Origin: an uncultured Cytophagia bacterium
Lineage (GTDB): Bacteria > Zhuqueibacterota > Zhuqueibacteria > Residuimicrobiales > Krinioviventaceae
Direction of reading: 5' to 3'
Assembly: GCA_964399735.1 (NCBI GenBank)
Contig: CAYNSO010000001.1
Span: forward strand, 85,559-149,558
Length of the DNA stretch: 64,000 bases
A program made the translations under genes and the position numbers. Below the pieces are notes generated by a model. That model was not told the origin of the DNA. It saw only the letters and a program-made list of their open reading frames with translations, and ran no database searches. Position 1 is the first letter of the stretch. Each line of letters begins with the position of its first letter. Below, piece after piece: positions 1 to 9,601 of this stretch.

Positions 1-2
1 CC

Positions 3-632
3 CTGTCCCAGGTTCTGAACACGGATTTTTTTTCCCGTGTTATTGACAACCACGAACTTGATTGGCTCGCCCGTCAAAATCCACATTTACTGGTATACCG
101 GGCAACCGTGCCTTTTCAGCGCCAGCATTTCATGTTCATGTATAATCGCCCCAACCGTCGTGGTGAAATTGTCTTTCTGCTTGAAAACGAACAGAGCCAG
201 GCGCTGCTCCATACCAAACCTTTTTTCCCAAATGGTGTGTATCGGCTGCTCTCCGGCGGCATTAATACAGGCGAAGCTGTTGAAGAAACACTCCACCGTG
301 AAGTGTTTGAAGAAACCGGTTTTAAAATCAACAACGGGATTTGTCATGCCTTGATCTTTTTCACACTGCAATATGATACGTTGTCCATGCCGTTTGTTAC
401 CTATTTATACCATATCAGAGGTGTAAACGGCGCCCCGGTTGTTCATGATAAATCGGAAAAAATCAGCGGTTTTTGCTGGATCGACATCAAAGATTTGGAT
501 GATATTTACCGGCAGTTGCTGCAGCTCTCCGACAACTGGCAGGATTGGGGTCTATTTAGGGCGCTGCCGCATAAAATTTTTTACGAAACCTTATGTCCAG
601 AAAATGGCGAGTTGGAACTCTTGCCGGTGTAA
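3..632 (+). CDS. NUDIX hydrolase. The frame is open from nt 3, so the gene may begin upstream of the window (the listed ORF starts at GTG 108).
   Basis: Nudix box GGINTGEAVEETLHREVFEETGF (GX5EX7REUXEEXGU) is read directly in the translation. I translated nt 3-107 in the same frame and found no stop codon. Confidence 0.8.
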   Translation: MSQVLNTDFFSRVIDNHELDWLARQNPHLLVYRATVPFQRQHFMFMYNRPNRRGEIVFLLENEQSQALLHTKPFFPNGVYRLLSGGINTGEAVEETLHREVFEETGFKINNGICHALIFFTLQYDTLSMPFVTYLYHIRGVNGAPVVHDKSEKISGFCWIDIKDLDDIYRQLLQLSDNWQDWGLFRALPHKIFYETLCPENGELELLPV

Positions 633-682
633 ATCGTTAGAATAATAGTCGCCTTTTATTAACACAGCCAAAGGAGGCAAGT

Positions 683-1486
683 ATGTGGCGAACAAAAAAA
701 TATATCGTGTACAGTACTTTTTTATTTGCAATTATTCTGTCACTGGGATGCGCTGCCAAACGGATTGCGGTTGACGAAGCTTATTCAAGTTTACGCCCTC
801 TCAAACAATTGGAACTACCCGAACAGGTGATTGATAATTTGGTTATCATTTTAAATAATGTTGCCGATCAGGGAACCAGTTATAAAAATAATATTGAAGT
901 GTTTGTTAATGACATAAATATTAATCCAAACTGGGACGTTGCCAATACCGAAAGCAACTATACCTACAAATTACGGGTCAAGCCTGGTTATTACAAGATT
1001 AGAGCCGTTTATCGCGCTTATATTGGCTGGGGAGAGGAAAAATTTGATCTGATAACCCAGGATGAGTTTGTCAAAGTAACTCATGATATGCGCACAATTG
1101 TTTCAGCGTCTTTGGTTAAAAAAGCAAATGGTGAATTACTTGAAAAAAAGAGCTATTTTACTGTGCAAAGAGAATCGCTGAACCCGATACCTGGATCGGA
1201 AAGCGCTGTAAAATCAACGCCTCCTGCCGCTGCTGAATTGTCAGCGCCTGCCATAGATCATACAATAACGCTTCAGGTTAACGTCATTCCAGAGAATGCC
1301 AAAGTGATTGTTGACGACAAGACTGTCGGTTATGCCCCTCTCAAAGTTTCCATAGATCGTAATGCCGACCATGTTGTGCAGTTTTCTGCTGAAGGGTATC
1401 AAACAGTCATCAAATTCCTGGATCATACTACATTTAACAATGAAAAGATTATTCATGTTATGCAGGAACTTGAAAAGAACGAATAA
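683..1486 (+). CDS. Secreted lipoprotein with a C-terminal PEGA-type domain
   Basis: Signal peptide ending in the lipobox-like LSLGC. C-terminal VNVIPENAKVIVDDKTVGYAPLKVSI...FSAEGYQ fits the PEGA pattern. AAGGAGG RBS lies 6 nt before ATG 683. Confidence 0.55.
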   Translation: MWRTKKYIVYSTFLFAIILSLGCAAKRIAVDEAYSSLRPLKQLELPEQVIDNLVIILNNVADQGTSYKNNIEVFVNDININPNWDVANTESNYTYKLRVKPGYYKIRAVYRAYIGWGEEKFDLITQDEFVKVTHDMRTIVSASLVKKANGELLEKKSYFTVQRESLNPIPGSESAVKSTPPAAAELSAPAIDHTITLQVNVIPENAKVIVDDKTVGYAPLKVSIDRNADHVVQFSAEGYQTVIKFLDHTTFNNEKIIHVMQELEKNE

Positions 1487-1523
1487 TCGCTAACGGATAA
1501 CCTGATTCTTTTATTTGAATTTC

Positions 1524-1555
1524 GGGCTTTTGTATTTAATGCAAAAGCCCTTTTT
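1524..1555 (+). terminator. Rho-independent terminator after the PEGA lipoprotein gene
   Basis: Perfect 9-bp stem GGGCTTTTG (1524-1532) / CAAAAGCCC (1542-1550), 9-nt loop, then TTTTT (1551-1555). Confidence 0.75.
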
Positions 1556-1807
1556 ATTGGTTTTGAGAGTGTTATAAAACATCCATTGCAAGATGGGTTA
1601 TTCTATACTAAATGGAGCTTTTTCAAATATGAATTTGCATTACAATAATTGCCTGCTGTTAACTGTAATAAAACCTGCCCGGGGAATTTATTTTTGCTGA
1701 TATTGTGTTAAATCTATTATTTACAACTAGTCTATTTTTATAATTTTGTGATAAAAACCTTAAAATATTTGCCCGATTTTTGCTATATTAGTTACCGAAT
1801 AAACAAT

Positions 1808-2875
1808 ATGTGGAGTAGACGGTTGCTTAATTTAATTGAATTTATAAATCACATACCCAAAGTGGAATTGCATTTACACCTTGAAGGTTCCATCCGGCCG
1901 GTAACTGCGCTGGAACTATTCTATCGGCAAAATCCCGATACGCCACAAATTGATTACAACGAGTTGTATAAATTGTATCGATTCGATAGCCTGGGGGAAT
2001 TTGTTACAGGTATGCAGCGAATAACCAACAATATTCAATCAATTGAAGATTTACAACGGATAACTGTAGAATTGATGGATTCGTTGTGTAAACAAAATGT
2101 TTATTATGTGGAATTTGATTGCGCAGTACAAAAATATCTTGATATTGGTTTTTCCCTTGATGTGATAATCGACAGTATCTATTCGGTAGTAAAAAATATT
2201 CAGAGGCAGAATAAAATAAAAGCCAATCTGAACATAAATCTGTTGCGGGGGCATGGCCCTGAAAAAGCGGAACAACTGGTAGAGCAGATTGTCGCCTTGA
2301 ATCATCCGTTTATCCGGGGTATTGGCTTGTCCGGTGATGAGACTGCGGTTAAACAACAAGAATTTACGCATGCTTTTCACCTTGCCCGCGAGGGTGGTCT
2401 GCATCGTACTGCTCATGCAGGTGAATCCATGGGAGCGCACAGTATCTGGGATGCTATTCATTATCTGCAAGTTGAACGCATCGACCACGGTACACGGGCA
2501 ATTGAAGATACCCAATTAATGGATTATCTCGCTCTTTATCATATTCCCTTAACACAATGCCTGACCAGCAATATTCGCCTGAAAGTAGTTAAAAGTTATG
2601 AGCAACATCCATTTGCTGAATTTTTGAAACGAGGAATTTGTGTTACCCTGAACACCGATGATCCACATGTTTTTGATATAACGCTGACCGGTGAATACCA
2701 GTTGGCAGCTACTACATTTAATTTAAATATGATGGATATGCGACAAATTGTATTCAATTCGATCCAGGCATCTTTTATGACGGATGATGAAAAGAAACGT
2801 ATGGAACAACTGATCGCCGCCGATATTGATGCCCTGATTATGCAGAGCAACCAGGAGAATTCCGCATTTGCCTGA
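1808..2875 (+). CDS. add: Adenosine deaminase
   Basis: Metal and active-site motifs ELHLHLEGS, TAHAGES and TLNTDDP. The ORF track begins at GTG 1748. The first ATG (1808) gives the usual short lead-in to HLHLEG. Confidence 0.9.
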   Translation: MWSRRLLNLIEFINHIPKVELHLHLEGSIRPVTALELFYRQNPDTPQIDYNELYKLYRFDSLGEFVTGMQRITNNIQSIEDLQRITVELMDSLCKQNVYYVEFDCAVQKYLDIGFSLDVIIDSIYSVVKNIQRQNKIKANLNINLLRGHGPEKAEQLVEQIVALNHPFIRGIGLSGDETAVKQQEFTHAFHLAREGGLHRTAHAGESMGAHSIWDAIHYLQVERIDHGTRAIEDTQLMDYLALYHIPLTQCLTSNIRLKVVKSYEQHPFAEFLKRGICVTLNTDDPHVFDITLTGEYQLAATTFNLNMMDMRQIVFNSIQASFMTDDEKKRMEQLIAADIDALIMQSNQENSAFA

Positions 2876-2952
2876 CACAGTTCATGATAAAATGAAAAAG
2901 TAACTTGACGACATCCAACAGGAGAGAGATGCAGACCGGATTGGCAAAAACC

Positions 2953-3693
2953 TTAAAAGCTGAAAATTCCTTGTTCTATATCGCTTGCCACTTTATGAAT
3001 AGCCAGCACGGTTCCCAGGTCTTGCCAGTAAATATCATTAAATACCTTGCCGCAAACAATTTTTCCTGCTGCAGCAGCATTGAGATAGACATTGATACTG
3101 TAAAATTTTGTGGCAGGATAGTTTAGAAATAATTTGGGGTCAATAATTTGTATCCCACAGAAGGAAAATTCGCTAACATGACCAGTCGGTTTAGTTACGA
3201 TTGTAAAAGACCTGGTTCGGGGATGCCGCCGACCACAGAGACGAAAGGCCTCGTCAAACAATAGCGGTCGACTGGTTTTACGATTTTGTACTGCCAAAGA
3301 GGTTGCAGCGCTGCTTTGACAATGATCATCATAAAATTTACGCAGGTCAATTCCGGAAACAATGTCAACATTATGTACCAGCACCGGCTCGTTTGTGCGT
3401 AAGATGTTTAGCATTTTTTTTATCCCCCCGCCGGTGTCCAGTAATTTTTCTTCATGGCTTGTTTTTATCGTCAGGTTTTTATTCTGTTCATTATATTTTT
3501 TAATAAAGTTATGAATTTGTTGTGCATGGTGAAATGTATTGATGACTATCTCATCAAATCCACTTACTTGAAGTTTATTCAACAGGATTTGCAGCATGGG
3601 CAGGCCGTGCACAGGTACCAGCGCTTTTGGGAGCGTGTCTGTTAGCGGAGCTAACCGGGAGCCGATACCGGCGGCAAGAATCAGCGCTTTCAT
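2953..3693 (-). CDS. murU: Sugar-1-phosphate nucleotidyltransferase, MurU-like (candidate MurNAc-1-P uridylyltransferase)
   Basis: NTP-transferase signature MKALILAAGIGSRLAPLTDTLPKALVPV. Same-strand run with an APH-fold kinase, which is the known AmgK-MurU arrangement. Confidence 0.65.
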   Translation of the reverse strand: MKALILAAGIGSRLAPLTDTLPKALVPVHGLPMLQILLNKLQVSGFDEIVINTFHHAQQIHNFIKKYNEQNKNLTIKTSHEEKLLDTGGGIKKMLNILRTNEPVLVHNVDIVSGIDLRKFYDDHCQSSAATSLAVQNRKTSRPLLFDEAFRLCGRRHPRTRSFTIVTKPTGHVSEFSFCGIQIIDPKLFLNYPATKFYSINVYLNAAAAGKIVCGKVFNDIYWQDLGTVLAIHKVASDIEQGIFSF

Positions 3694-3694
3694 G

Positions 3695-4117
3695 TTATTT
3701 CTCCATATAAGCGGTCATGTCCCGATGTTCAAGATCAATGTGAAATCGATTTTTCAGCATAGCAGCAAGGGATTCAGCGCAATAAACGGAGCGATGTTGA
3801 CCGCCGGTACAACCAAAAGCTACATACAGATGGGTGAACCCGCGCTCACTGAAATTCTCAGCAGCGAGTTGCACCAGGGATGCCGCCAAGACGATAAATT
3901 GCTGTACAACCGGGTATTGAATAAAGAAATCAATTACTTGTTTGTCCTTTCCTGTCCGGTTTTTGAGTTCAGCGACATAATGAGGATTCGGCAGAGCCCG
4001 GCAATCGAATACAAACCCGCCGCCATTACCATGACAATCCGGTGGCGGCCCGGATTTGTGAAAGCCAAAACTGTAAATTGTGATTTGCAATTTGGGGAAC
4101 ATGTTATTATCCATCAT
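3695..4117 (-). CDS. Stand-alone RapZ C-terminal-domain protein with no P-loop N-domain
   Basis: YSFGFHKSGPPPD..FVFDCRALPNPHY..TGKD and FGCTGGQHRSVY mirror the C-terminal half of RapZ/YvcJ (E. coli SFGFKHG..DVRFLPNPHW..TG.D..GCTGGKHRSVY). No GxxGxGKS motif is present. The start is uncertain (ATG 4117, 4114 or 4102). The ORF-track start at 4165 would overlap the upstream gene by 59 nt. Confidence 0.7.
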   Translation of the reverse strand: MMDNNMFPKLQITIYSFGFHKSGPPPDCHGNGGGFVFDCRALPNPHYVAELKNRTGKDKQVIDFFIQYPVVQQFIVLAASLVQLAAENFSERGFTHLYVAFGCTGGQHRSVYCAESLAAMLKNRFHIDLEHRDMTAYMEK

Positions 4118-5129
4118 ATTTGTTAACCAGGTTTGAGAATATTTTATATAATTCCGGCATGTCATTCATAATCGTCGGTTTTACCAGTAGAGATCGAACA
4201 TTTTGCATGGCCAGGGGAATGTTTTCTTTAAATGCTCTTTTACCTTTAACATCGGCAAGATAGGCAAAAGCGGCTAGGGCCTGCATAATGCGAATCCAGC
4301 AATATGCATAATAAAAACGCCGGAATTTGCCTGGTTCAACGCCGGGATAGTTTTTCAGACGCTCCAAATAATAATCAACCATCTGTTCACGGATAGTGTC
4401 AGGGATTTCAGCTTTGGCGTCGTATAAAAGCGAAGCCAGGTCATACTGGAGCGCTCCGCGGCGGCCGGACTGGTAGTCGATAAACCAGGGTTCGTTATTA
4501 ACGATCATAATATTGCGGGACTGAAAGTCACGGTACAAAAAAAAGTCATGCCGGGCTTCAAGTACTGCTTTTAACAAAAATGAGAATTCATTGTTAAGCT
4601 TTACATAATTCACCGACAGGTCAAGCTGCTTGCGTAGAAAACGGCTGCGAAAATAACTAATATCGTGCCAGATGGCATCCGCGCCAAAGACCGGGTACTG
4701 GTAACACAGGGAATAATCCAGAGTGCGTCCGGCTGTGATCTGGAAATCAGGCAGCCGGTCTAGTACTTTTTTGTAAATTGATATCAGTTCAGCTGTAAAT
4801 TCGCGATTAGCGGCTCGTGCTTTGCAGATGCGTTCATAGAGCGTTTCGTCGCCCAGATCCGTTTCCAGGTACACGCCATGCGCTTCGGCCGCGGCAAAAA
4901 TATCCGGAACCGGCAAACCATAGCTTTTAAAATGCCGGCTAAAACCGATAAAGGCGCGATTTTCCACCGCTTTGTTGCCAATAATACCAATGACGGATTG
5001 CCCGGCGGCAATAAAACGATAAATTTGCCGATCCGAGCCGTCGCCTTGCAGTTTAAGAACCTGTGACGGTTCGCCGGCAAAGGTTTTTCGATAGAGAGCG
5101 AGTAAATAGGGTAATTGTTTATCTGTCAT
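4107..5129 (-). CDS. amgK: APH-fold sugar kinase, AmgK-like (candidate anomeric MurNAc/GlcNAc kinase)
   Basis: Catalytic region LYRDFQSRNIMI ... FIDYQSGRRGALQYDLASLLYDA is typical of the aminoglycoside-phosphotransferase kinase fold. Operon context with a MurU-like gene. Confidence 0.65.
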   Translation of the reverse strand: MTDKQLPYLLALYRKTFAGEPSQVLKLQGDGSDRQIYRFIAAGQSVIGIIGNKAVENRAFIGFSRHFKSYGLPVPDIFAAAEAHGVYLETDLGDETLYERICKARAANREFTAELISIYKKVLDRLPDFQITAGRTLDYSLCYQYPVFGADAIWHDISYFRSRFLRKQLDLSVNYVKLNNEFSFLLKAVLEARHDFFLYRDFQSRNIMIVNNEPWFIDYQSGRRGALQYDLASLLYDAKAEIPDTIREQMVDYYLERLKNYPGVEPGKFRRFYYAYCWIRIMQALAAFAYLADVKGKRAFKENIPLAMQNVRSLLVKPTIMNDMPELYKIFSNLVNKYDG

Positions 5130-5447
5130 ATTTATCCAATTGTTTGAAACAAGTTAGTAAATATTGTTTTGCTTTGCAAAAGGAATCTCTTGATAGTGAG
5201 CCATGACGGAATTTTTAATATCCGCAGATTATGCAGATTGACACAGAGCAGGTTTAACAAACACAAACTATGTACCTGGTAAACGATACCTGGTCTTGTG
5301 TATGGGATAAACAAGAAATTTTTTCTTAATTTCCATTGTAAAATTCTTATATTTTTTTAAATTAATATTTTAGATAACAAACAATATCCATCCTTTAGAA
5401 GCATAACTGGAGCGAATTCACAAAATCTTTATCGACTGAGGCCTGGA

Positions 5448-5906
5448 ATGACACTAACCTGGACTTGTCTGTCTTTTTCGCAACTGACGCCTGATGATTT
5501 GTATACAATACTGGCGGCGCGCCAGGCAGTTTTTGTGGTGGAGCAGCATTGTCCATTTCCGGAAATCGACGGACTCGATCCGCAGTGCCGGCACCTGCAG
5601 GGCTGGTATGATAGCAAGCTGGTTGCCTATTGCCGCATTGTACCGCCGGCAGTAAAATTTTCCGTGCCATCGATCGGCCGGGTGCTGACCACGGCCGAGG
5701 GGCGCGGCCAGGGGTATGGTATTGCCCTGATGGAGCAGGCGGTGCGCATTACCGGCGAACTCTATCCTGGCTGCGATATAATGGTTGCCGCACAAACATA
5801 TCTGGAAAAATTTTATAATCGGTTCGGGTTTTATCGTACCCGCCACGAATACCTGGAAGACGATATACCGCATATCGATATGGTACGCAAGAATTTATAT
5901 GGTTAA
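5448..5906 (+). CDS. GNAT N-acetyltransferase, ElaA-like
   Basis: LYTILAARQAVFVVEQHCPFPEIDGLD is an ElaA-type N-terminus. Acetyl-CoA loop RGQGYGIALM. 152 aa. Confidence 0.8.
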   Translation: MTLTWTCLSFSQLTPDDLYTILAARQAVFVVEQHCPFPEIDGLDPQCRHLQGWYDSKLVAYCRIVPPAVKFSVPSIGRVLTTAEGRGQGYGIALMEQAVRITGELYPGCDIMVAAQTYLEKFYNRFGFYRTRHEYLEDDIPHIDMVRKNLYG

Positions 5907-6129
5907 CGATAATGCCGAATTTGTGAATGACTGAACAGGAGGGAGGCTGAAATAATTCAAGATGGATTTTGATACAATCAAAAAAAGTATATAAAACTTG
6001 CAGACTCGCTTATTATCAGAATCTGCTCCTGTCCCATAAAAAATAAAATTTTGTCAAATTTTCAAATCTGGTAACAAACAGGAGAGTTAACCATTACAAC
6101 CGAGTATGATTCTAAAATATCAATTTTAT

Positions 6130-6153
6130 ATTTTCAAAAAATATTTTGAAAAT
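6130..6153. promoter_or_regulatory. Inverted repeat ATTTTCAAAA-N4-TTTTGAAAAT, 20 nt upstream of the GT2 start codon (candidate operator)
   Basis: Perfect 10-nt arms at 6130-6139 and 6144-6153. The AT-rich context makes a chance occurrence plausible. Confidence 0.25.
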
Positions 6154-6172
6154 ACAATAATAAGTATATATT

Positions 6173-6940
6173 ATGTTCATGGAAGAACTATCTATAATAA
6201 TCATTACGCAGAACGAAGCCGGGCAAATTCGGGAATGCCTTGAAAGTGTTGCCTGGGCCGATGAAATTATTGTTGTCGACGGCGGCAGTACTGATGATAC
6301 CGTGGCAATATGTCGGGAATTTAAAACCACGATATATGAAAATCCCTGGCCGGGATTCGCTGCACAGAAACAATATGCGCTGGATCGGGCGACCAAATCA
6401 TGGGTTTTAAGCATTGATTCTGATGAAAGAGTTTCCGAGCCATTAAAAATTGAAATTCAAAACCTTATGCAACAGCCGGTACCGGGCATTGCCGGTTATT
6501 TCATACCTCGCTTGAGCACATTTCTTGGCAAGCCAATCTATCATGGCGGATGGTATCCGGGATATCAATTGCGGTTATTTCAAAAAAATTGTACGACAAT
6601 TCGTCACACCCATGTTCACGAAGGTTTTATTGTGGACGGGGAATGCGGATATCTGAAGAATAATTTGCTGCATTTTACTCATGCAACCATAGATGCAAGC
6701 CTGGCGCGAATGAACCGCTATTCCAGTCTCGAAGCCCAGGATCGCATCGGGCATGGGCGAATTAACCGGATACATTGGTACGATATTCTGCTACATCCGT
6801 TTTCTGCATTTTGTCGTCAGTTTATATCAAAACAGGGCTTTCGTGACGGCATGCATGGATTTATTCTCGCTTCTGTTACTTCAATGGTAAAATCAGCCTT
6901 GTATATGAAACTCTGGGAACTGGAACAAAAAAACAAATAA
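6173..6940 (+). CDS. Family-2 glycosyltransferase (WaaE/KdtX-like)
   Basis: LSIIIITQNEAGQIRECLESVAWADEIIVVDGGSTDDT and SIDSDE (DXD-type) motifs. Confidence 0.85.
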   Translation: MFMEELSIIIITQNEAGQIRECLESVAWADEIIVVDGGSTDDTVAICREFKTTIYENPWPGFAAQKQYALDRATKSWVLSIDSDERVSEPLKIEIQNLMQQPVPGIAGYFIPRLSTFLGKPIYHGGWYPGYQLRLFQKNCTTIRHTHVHEGFIVDGECGYLKNNLLHFTHATIDASLARMNRYSSLEAQDRIGHGRINRIHWYDILLHPFSAFCRQFISKQGFRDGMHGFILASVTSMVKSALYMKLWELEQKNK

Positions 6941-6986
6941 TACACCACTATTTTATTCTTTTGCAAAATTTTTCAAAACATAGCGG

Positions 6987-7011
6987 ACCGTGCGGACTAG
7001 CACCGGTTTTT
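6987..7011 (+). terminator. Probable rho-independent terminator after the GT2 gene
   Basis: ACCGTGC (6987-6993) / GCACCGGT (7000-7007) forms a 7-bp stem with a one-base bulge and a 6-nt loop, and runs into TTTTT. Confidence 0.5.
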
Positions 7012-7892
7012 ATCCGTCTTGGATCGCTTTATTGATTTAATATTTCCATATTACTATTTTTGTCTATGGATTGTAAAAGAATTCGATTTTATACCGTGTG
7101 AACAGGGAAGAAGTATAAAACTGGTATAACCAGCTATGCACAGCCTGTTTCCGATAAAGACAATGCTTATCGGCTCGTTATTGTTCACTTTGAGCCTGGG
7201 TCAGAATTAAGGTGTATGGCTTTATATATTAGTGGAACATGGTAAAGAAGATGAGATGAATCGTCTAGTTCCAGCGCTGACAACTTGTTTAATGATTGCT
7301 TGAAATAATACTTTAAATCAATTTGCAGATAAAGGCCGGATAATATATCAAAAATAATTGTGATTTTGAGACATTGAGGCAACATTACCCTGTAGATTAT
7401 TTTTTTATTTGAAGAGGTATTTTATCCGTTGCGTGTGGCACAAAGTATCCAATCAGTTGAACTAGATTTTATTATGTACGGTTTTCAGCAAAGAGTATTC
7501 AGGCATGGTGTATTCTATTAAATAGTAACATGTAAAATACTTTCATTTCAAGTAATACTTTACACCAGGTTTTTTATTCTATTATTTTTGTACCAGGATA
7601 GACTCAACTAGAACGATATTGCTTTTATAATCGATATCGTTTGTAAAATCCAGGTCTGGAATTTTAAAATTGAGCAAATTGTTCGAATCCATAAATTTAA
7701 TCTGCAAAATTAAAATAAAGTGGTATAATAAAATTGCACTTGATAGTGTATTTTTATGTGTTACAGATTTGTAAACCAGATTAATATTTTGTGTTGTAAA
7801 AGTGAGGTAAAATCTGTAAATTTTATTATATGCGTCAAGTTTAAAAATGCAATTTGCAAACCGACAATCCAATAATGTAGAGTAATCAACTT

Positions 7893-9329
7893 ATGACAAG
7901 TCCAAATGCCAATCCGGCTCAGGAAGTAAAAAATAAATGTATATCTTTAGATATCAATATTGCCGATTTTTTAAATGAATATAAAGAATTACAGCTATTA
8001 TCGGGCGATGAACAAACGAGTTCGCTGATAGAGTTGCTGAAAGGCCGTTTTCAGGGTTCGGAAGAACTGCTGGAAGTAAATGTAGGGGACAAGTTAGCCC
8101 ATTTAGATTGGCATTACACGAAAAATATTCCAGAAGCCGAAGAGTTGAATCAACAAGCGTTAAAGCATATACGCGACAAGCAGTTTAACGAGGCTTTGCA
8201 GTGTTGGGCAAGCGCTATTGAAATTAACCCCATTGATCCGGATTATCATTATAATCTTGGTTTGGCGTTCATTGGCGTACAAAAGAACGAAGAAGGAATT
8301 AATTGTTGTCTGGAAGCATTACGGATTTGTCCGGTATATTACCGTTCCTGTTTTGTATTGGGCAGTATTTATACAAAAATGCGTCAGTATGACAAGGCGC
8401 AGGATTTTATACGAACTGGATTGTTACTGAACAACAGCAATGTCCAGGGCTGGGTTAATCTGGGTGCGTTGTACAGCATTTTACGTAATTTTGACGAAGC
8501 GATTCGCTGTTTTGACCGGGCAATAGAACGTTCGCCCAAAGAGATCAAAGCTTATCTTGGTATGGGAAAAATTTACCAGAGTAAAAAAGATTACGAAAGC
8601 GCTGAGCGATATTATAATGTTGTTATAAAGCTCGATTCCGAGGGTAATTTTGGAAAAATGGCTCGGCAACTGCTGGCAAGTCTTGATTTTACTGAAAAAG
8701 CTTCGCCGATAGCGATGGAGCATGCGGTTAAACCGGAAGATACTGACGAAGAACAAATTCCCGAATATGTCAACACTTTATATGCTGAAGGTTATCAACA
8801 TTTTATAGACGGGAATTACGATAAAGCCATTGACGCCTACCAGGAATATCTCAAATACAATAAAAATGATGCGGATGTTTGGGCATCGCTGGCATCCAGT
8901 CAGGCACGTAACGGCAACCTGGAAGATGCTGTGAGTTCCATCACCAATGCGTTGTCCTTTGAAACTGAAAATAATGCTATATTCTACAAGCAAGCGGCAA
9001 TTATTTATGATCACCTGGAACGATATAACGAAGCCGGCGATGCAGCACGTCATGCTGTTGAACTGGGTAAACAGGACAGTATTATTCTGACTTTGATCGG
9101 TAAAAGTTTTATTTTTCAGGATAAATGGAATGAAGGTTTGAATTATCTTGAAGACGCCGTAAAATTGAACCCTAATAATTTAACCGCGCGATACCACCTG
9201 GGGATAACATTAAAAAAGCTGGGACAAAATGACAAAGCGATGGAAAATTTTGAAGAGATCATCTGGTCAAAATTCAAATCGCCATTAAAAAACAAAGCCC
9301 GTGAAGCGATGCAAGAGTTGACCGGATAA
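7893..9329 (+). CDS. TPR-repeat protein, with no signal peptide seen
   Basis: Multiple 34-aa repeats with the W/Y..LG..Y...G.Y..A...Y..AL...P pattern (e.g. YHYNLGLAFIGVQKNEEGINCCLEALRICP, WVNLGALYSILRNFDEAIRCFDRAIERSP). Confidence 0.8.
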   Translation: MTSPNANPAQEVKNKCISLDINIADFLNEYKELQLLSGDEQTSSLIELLKGRFQGSEELLEVNVGDKLAHLDWHYTKNIPEAEELNQQALKHIRDKQFNEALQCWASAIEINPIDPDYHYNLGLAFIGVQKNEEGINCCLEALRICPVYYRSCFVLGSIYTKMRQYDKAQDFIRTGLLLNNSNVQGWVNLGALYSILRNFDEAIRCFDRAIERSPKEIKAYLGMGKIYQSKKDYESAERYYNVVIKLDSEGNFGKMARQLLASLDFTEKASPIAMEHAVKPEDTDEEQIPEYVNTLYAEGYQHFIDGNYDKAIDAYQEYLKYNKNDADVWASLASSQARNGNLEDAVSSITNALSFETENNAIFYKQAAIIYDHLERYNEAGDAARHAVELGKQDSIILTLIGKSFIFQDKWNEGLNYLEDAVKLNPNNLTARYHLGITLKKLGQNDKAMENFEEIIWSKFKSPLKNKAREAMQELTG

Positions 9330-9546
9330 TAAATTGTAACAACATAAAAAACAATAAAATAGCAAATCCGGCAATTGCCTGTGAACCTGATAAATATACC
9401 TGATTTGTGCATAATATTAGTTATGTTAACTTGAAAGAACATAACCTCCATCAGGTGATTATTGATCTCTATAGACAGTATAATTCATAATTAATTTATT
9501 TATCCCTTGTTTGTTGTCATTAGTCGTTAGAAAAAAAATAAAAAAA

Positions 9547-9580
9547 GCGGAATAATCTTTATTGTAATTATCCCGCTTTT
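9547..9580. terminator. Hairpin terminator between the convergent TPR gene and leuS
   Basis: GCGGAATAAT (9547-9556) / ATTATCCCGC (9567-9576) pairs at 9 of 10 positions. It is flanked by an A-run upstream and TTTT downstream, so it can act on both strands. Confidence 0.6.
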
Positions 9581-9601
9581 AGTATTGATTTTGTTTATAT
9601 T

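Noticed and set aside
7582-7872. A 96-aa minus-strand ORF (and the 66-aa ORF at 7185-7385) in the AT-rich spacer
   Set aside because: The composition (N/I/K/L/F/Y) is what AT-rich DNA yields by chance. There is no RBS, motif or signal. It is left uncalled.
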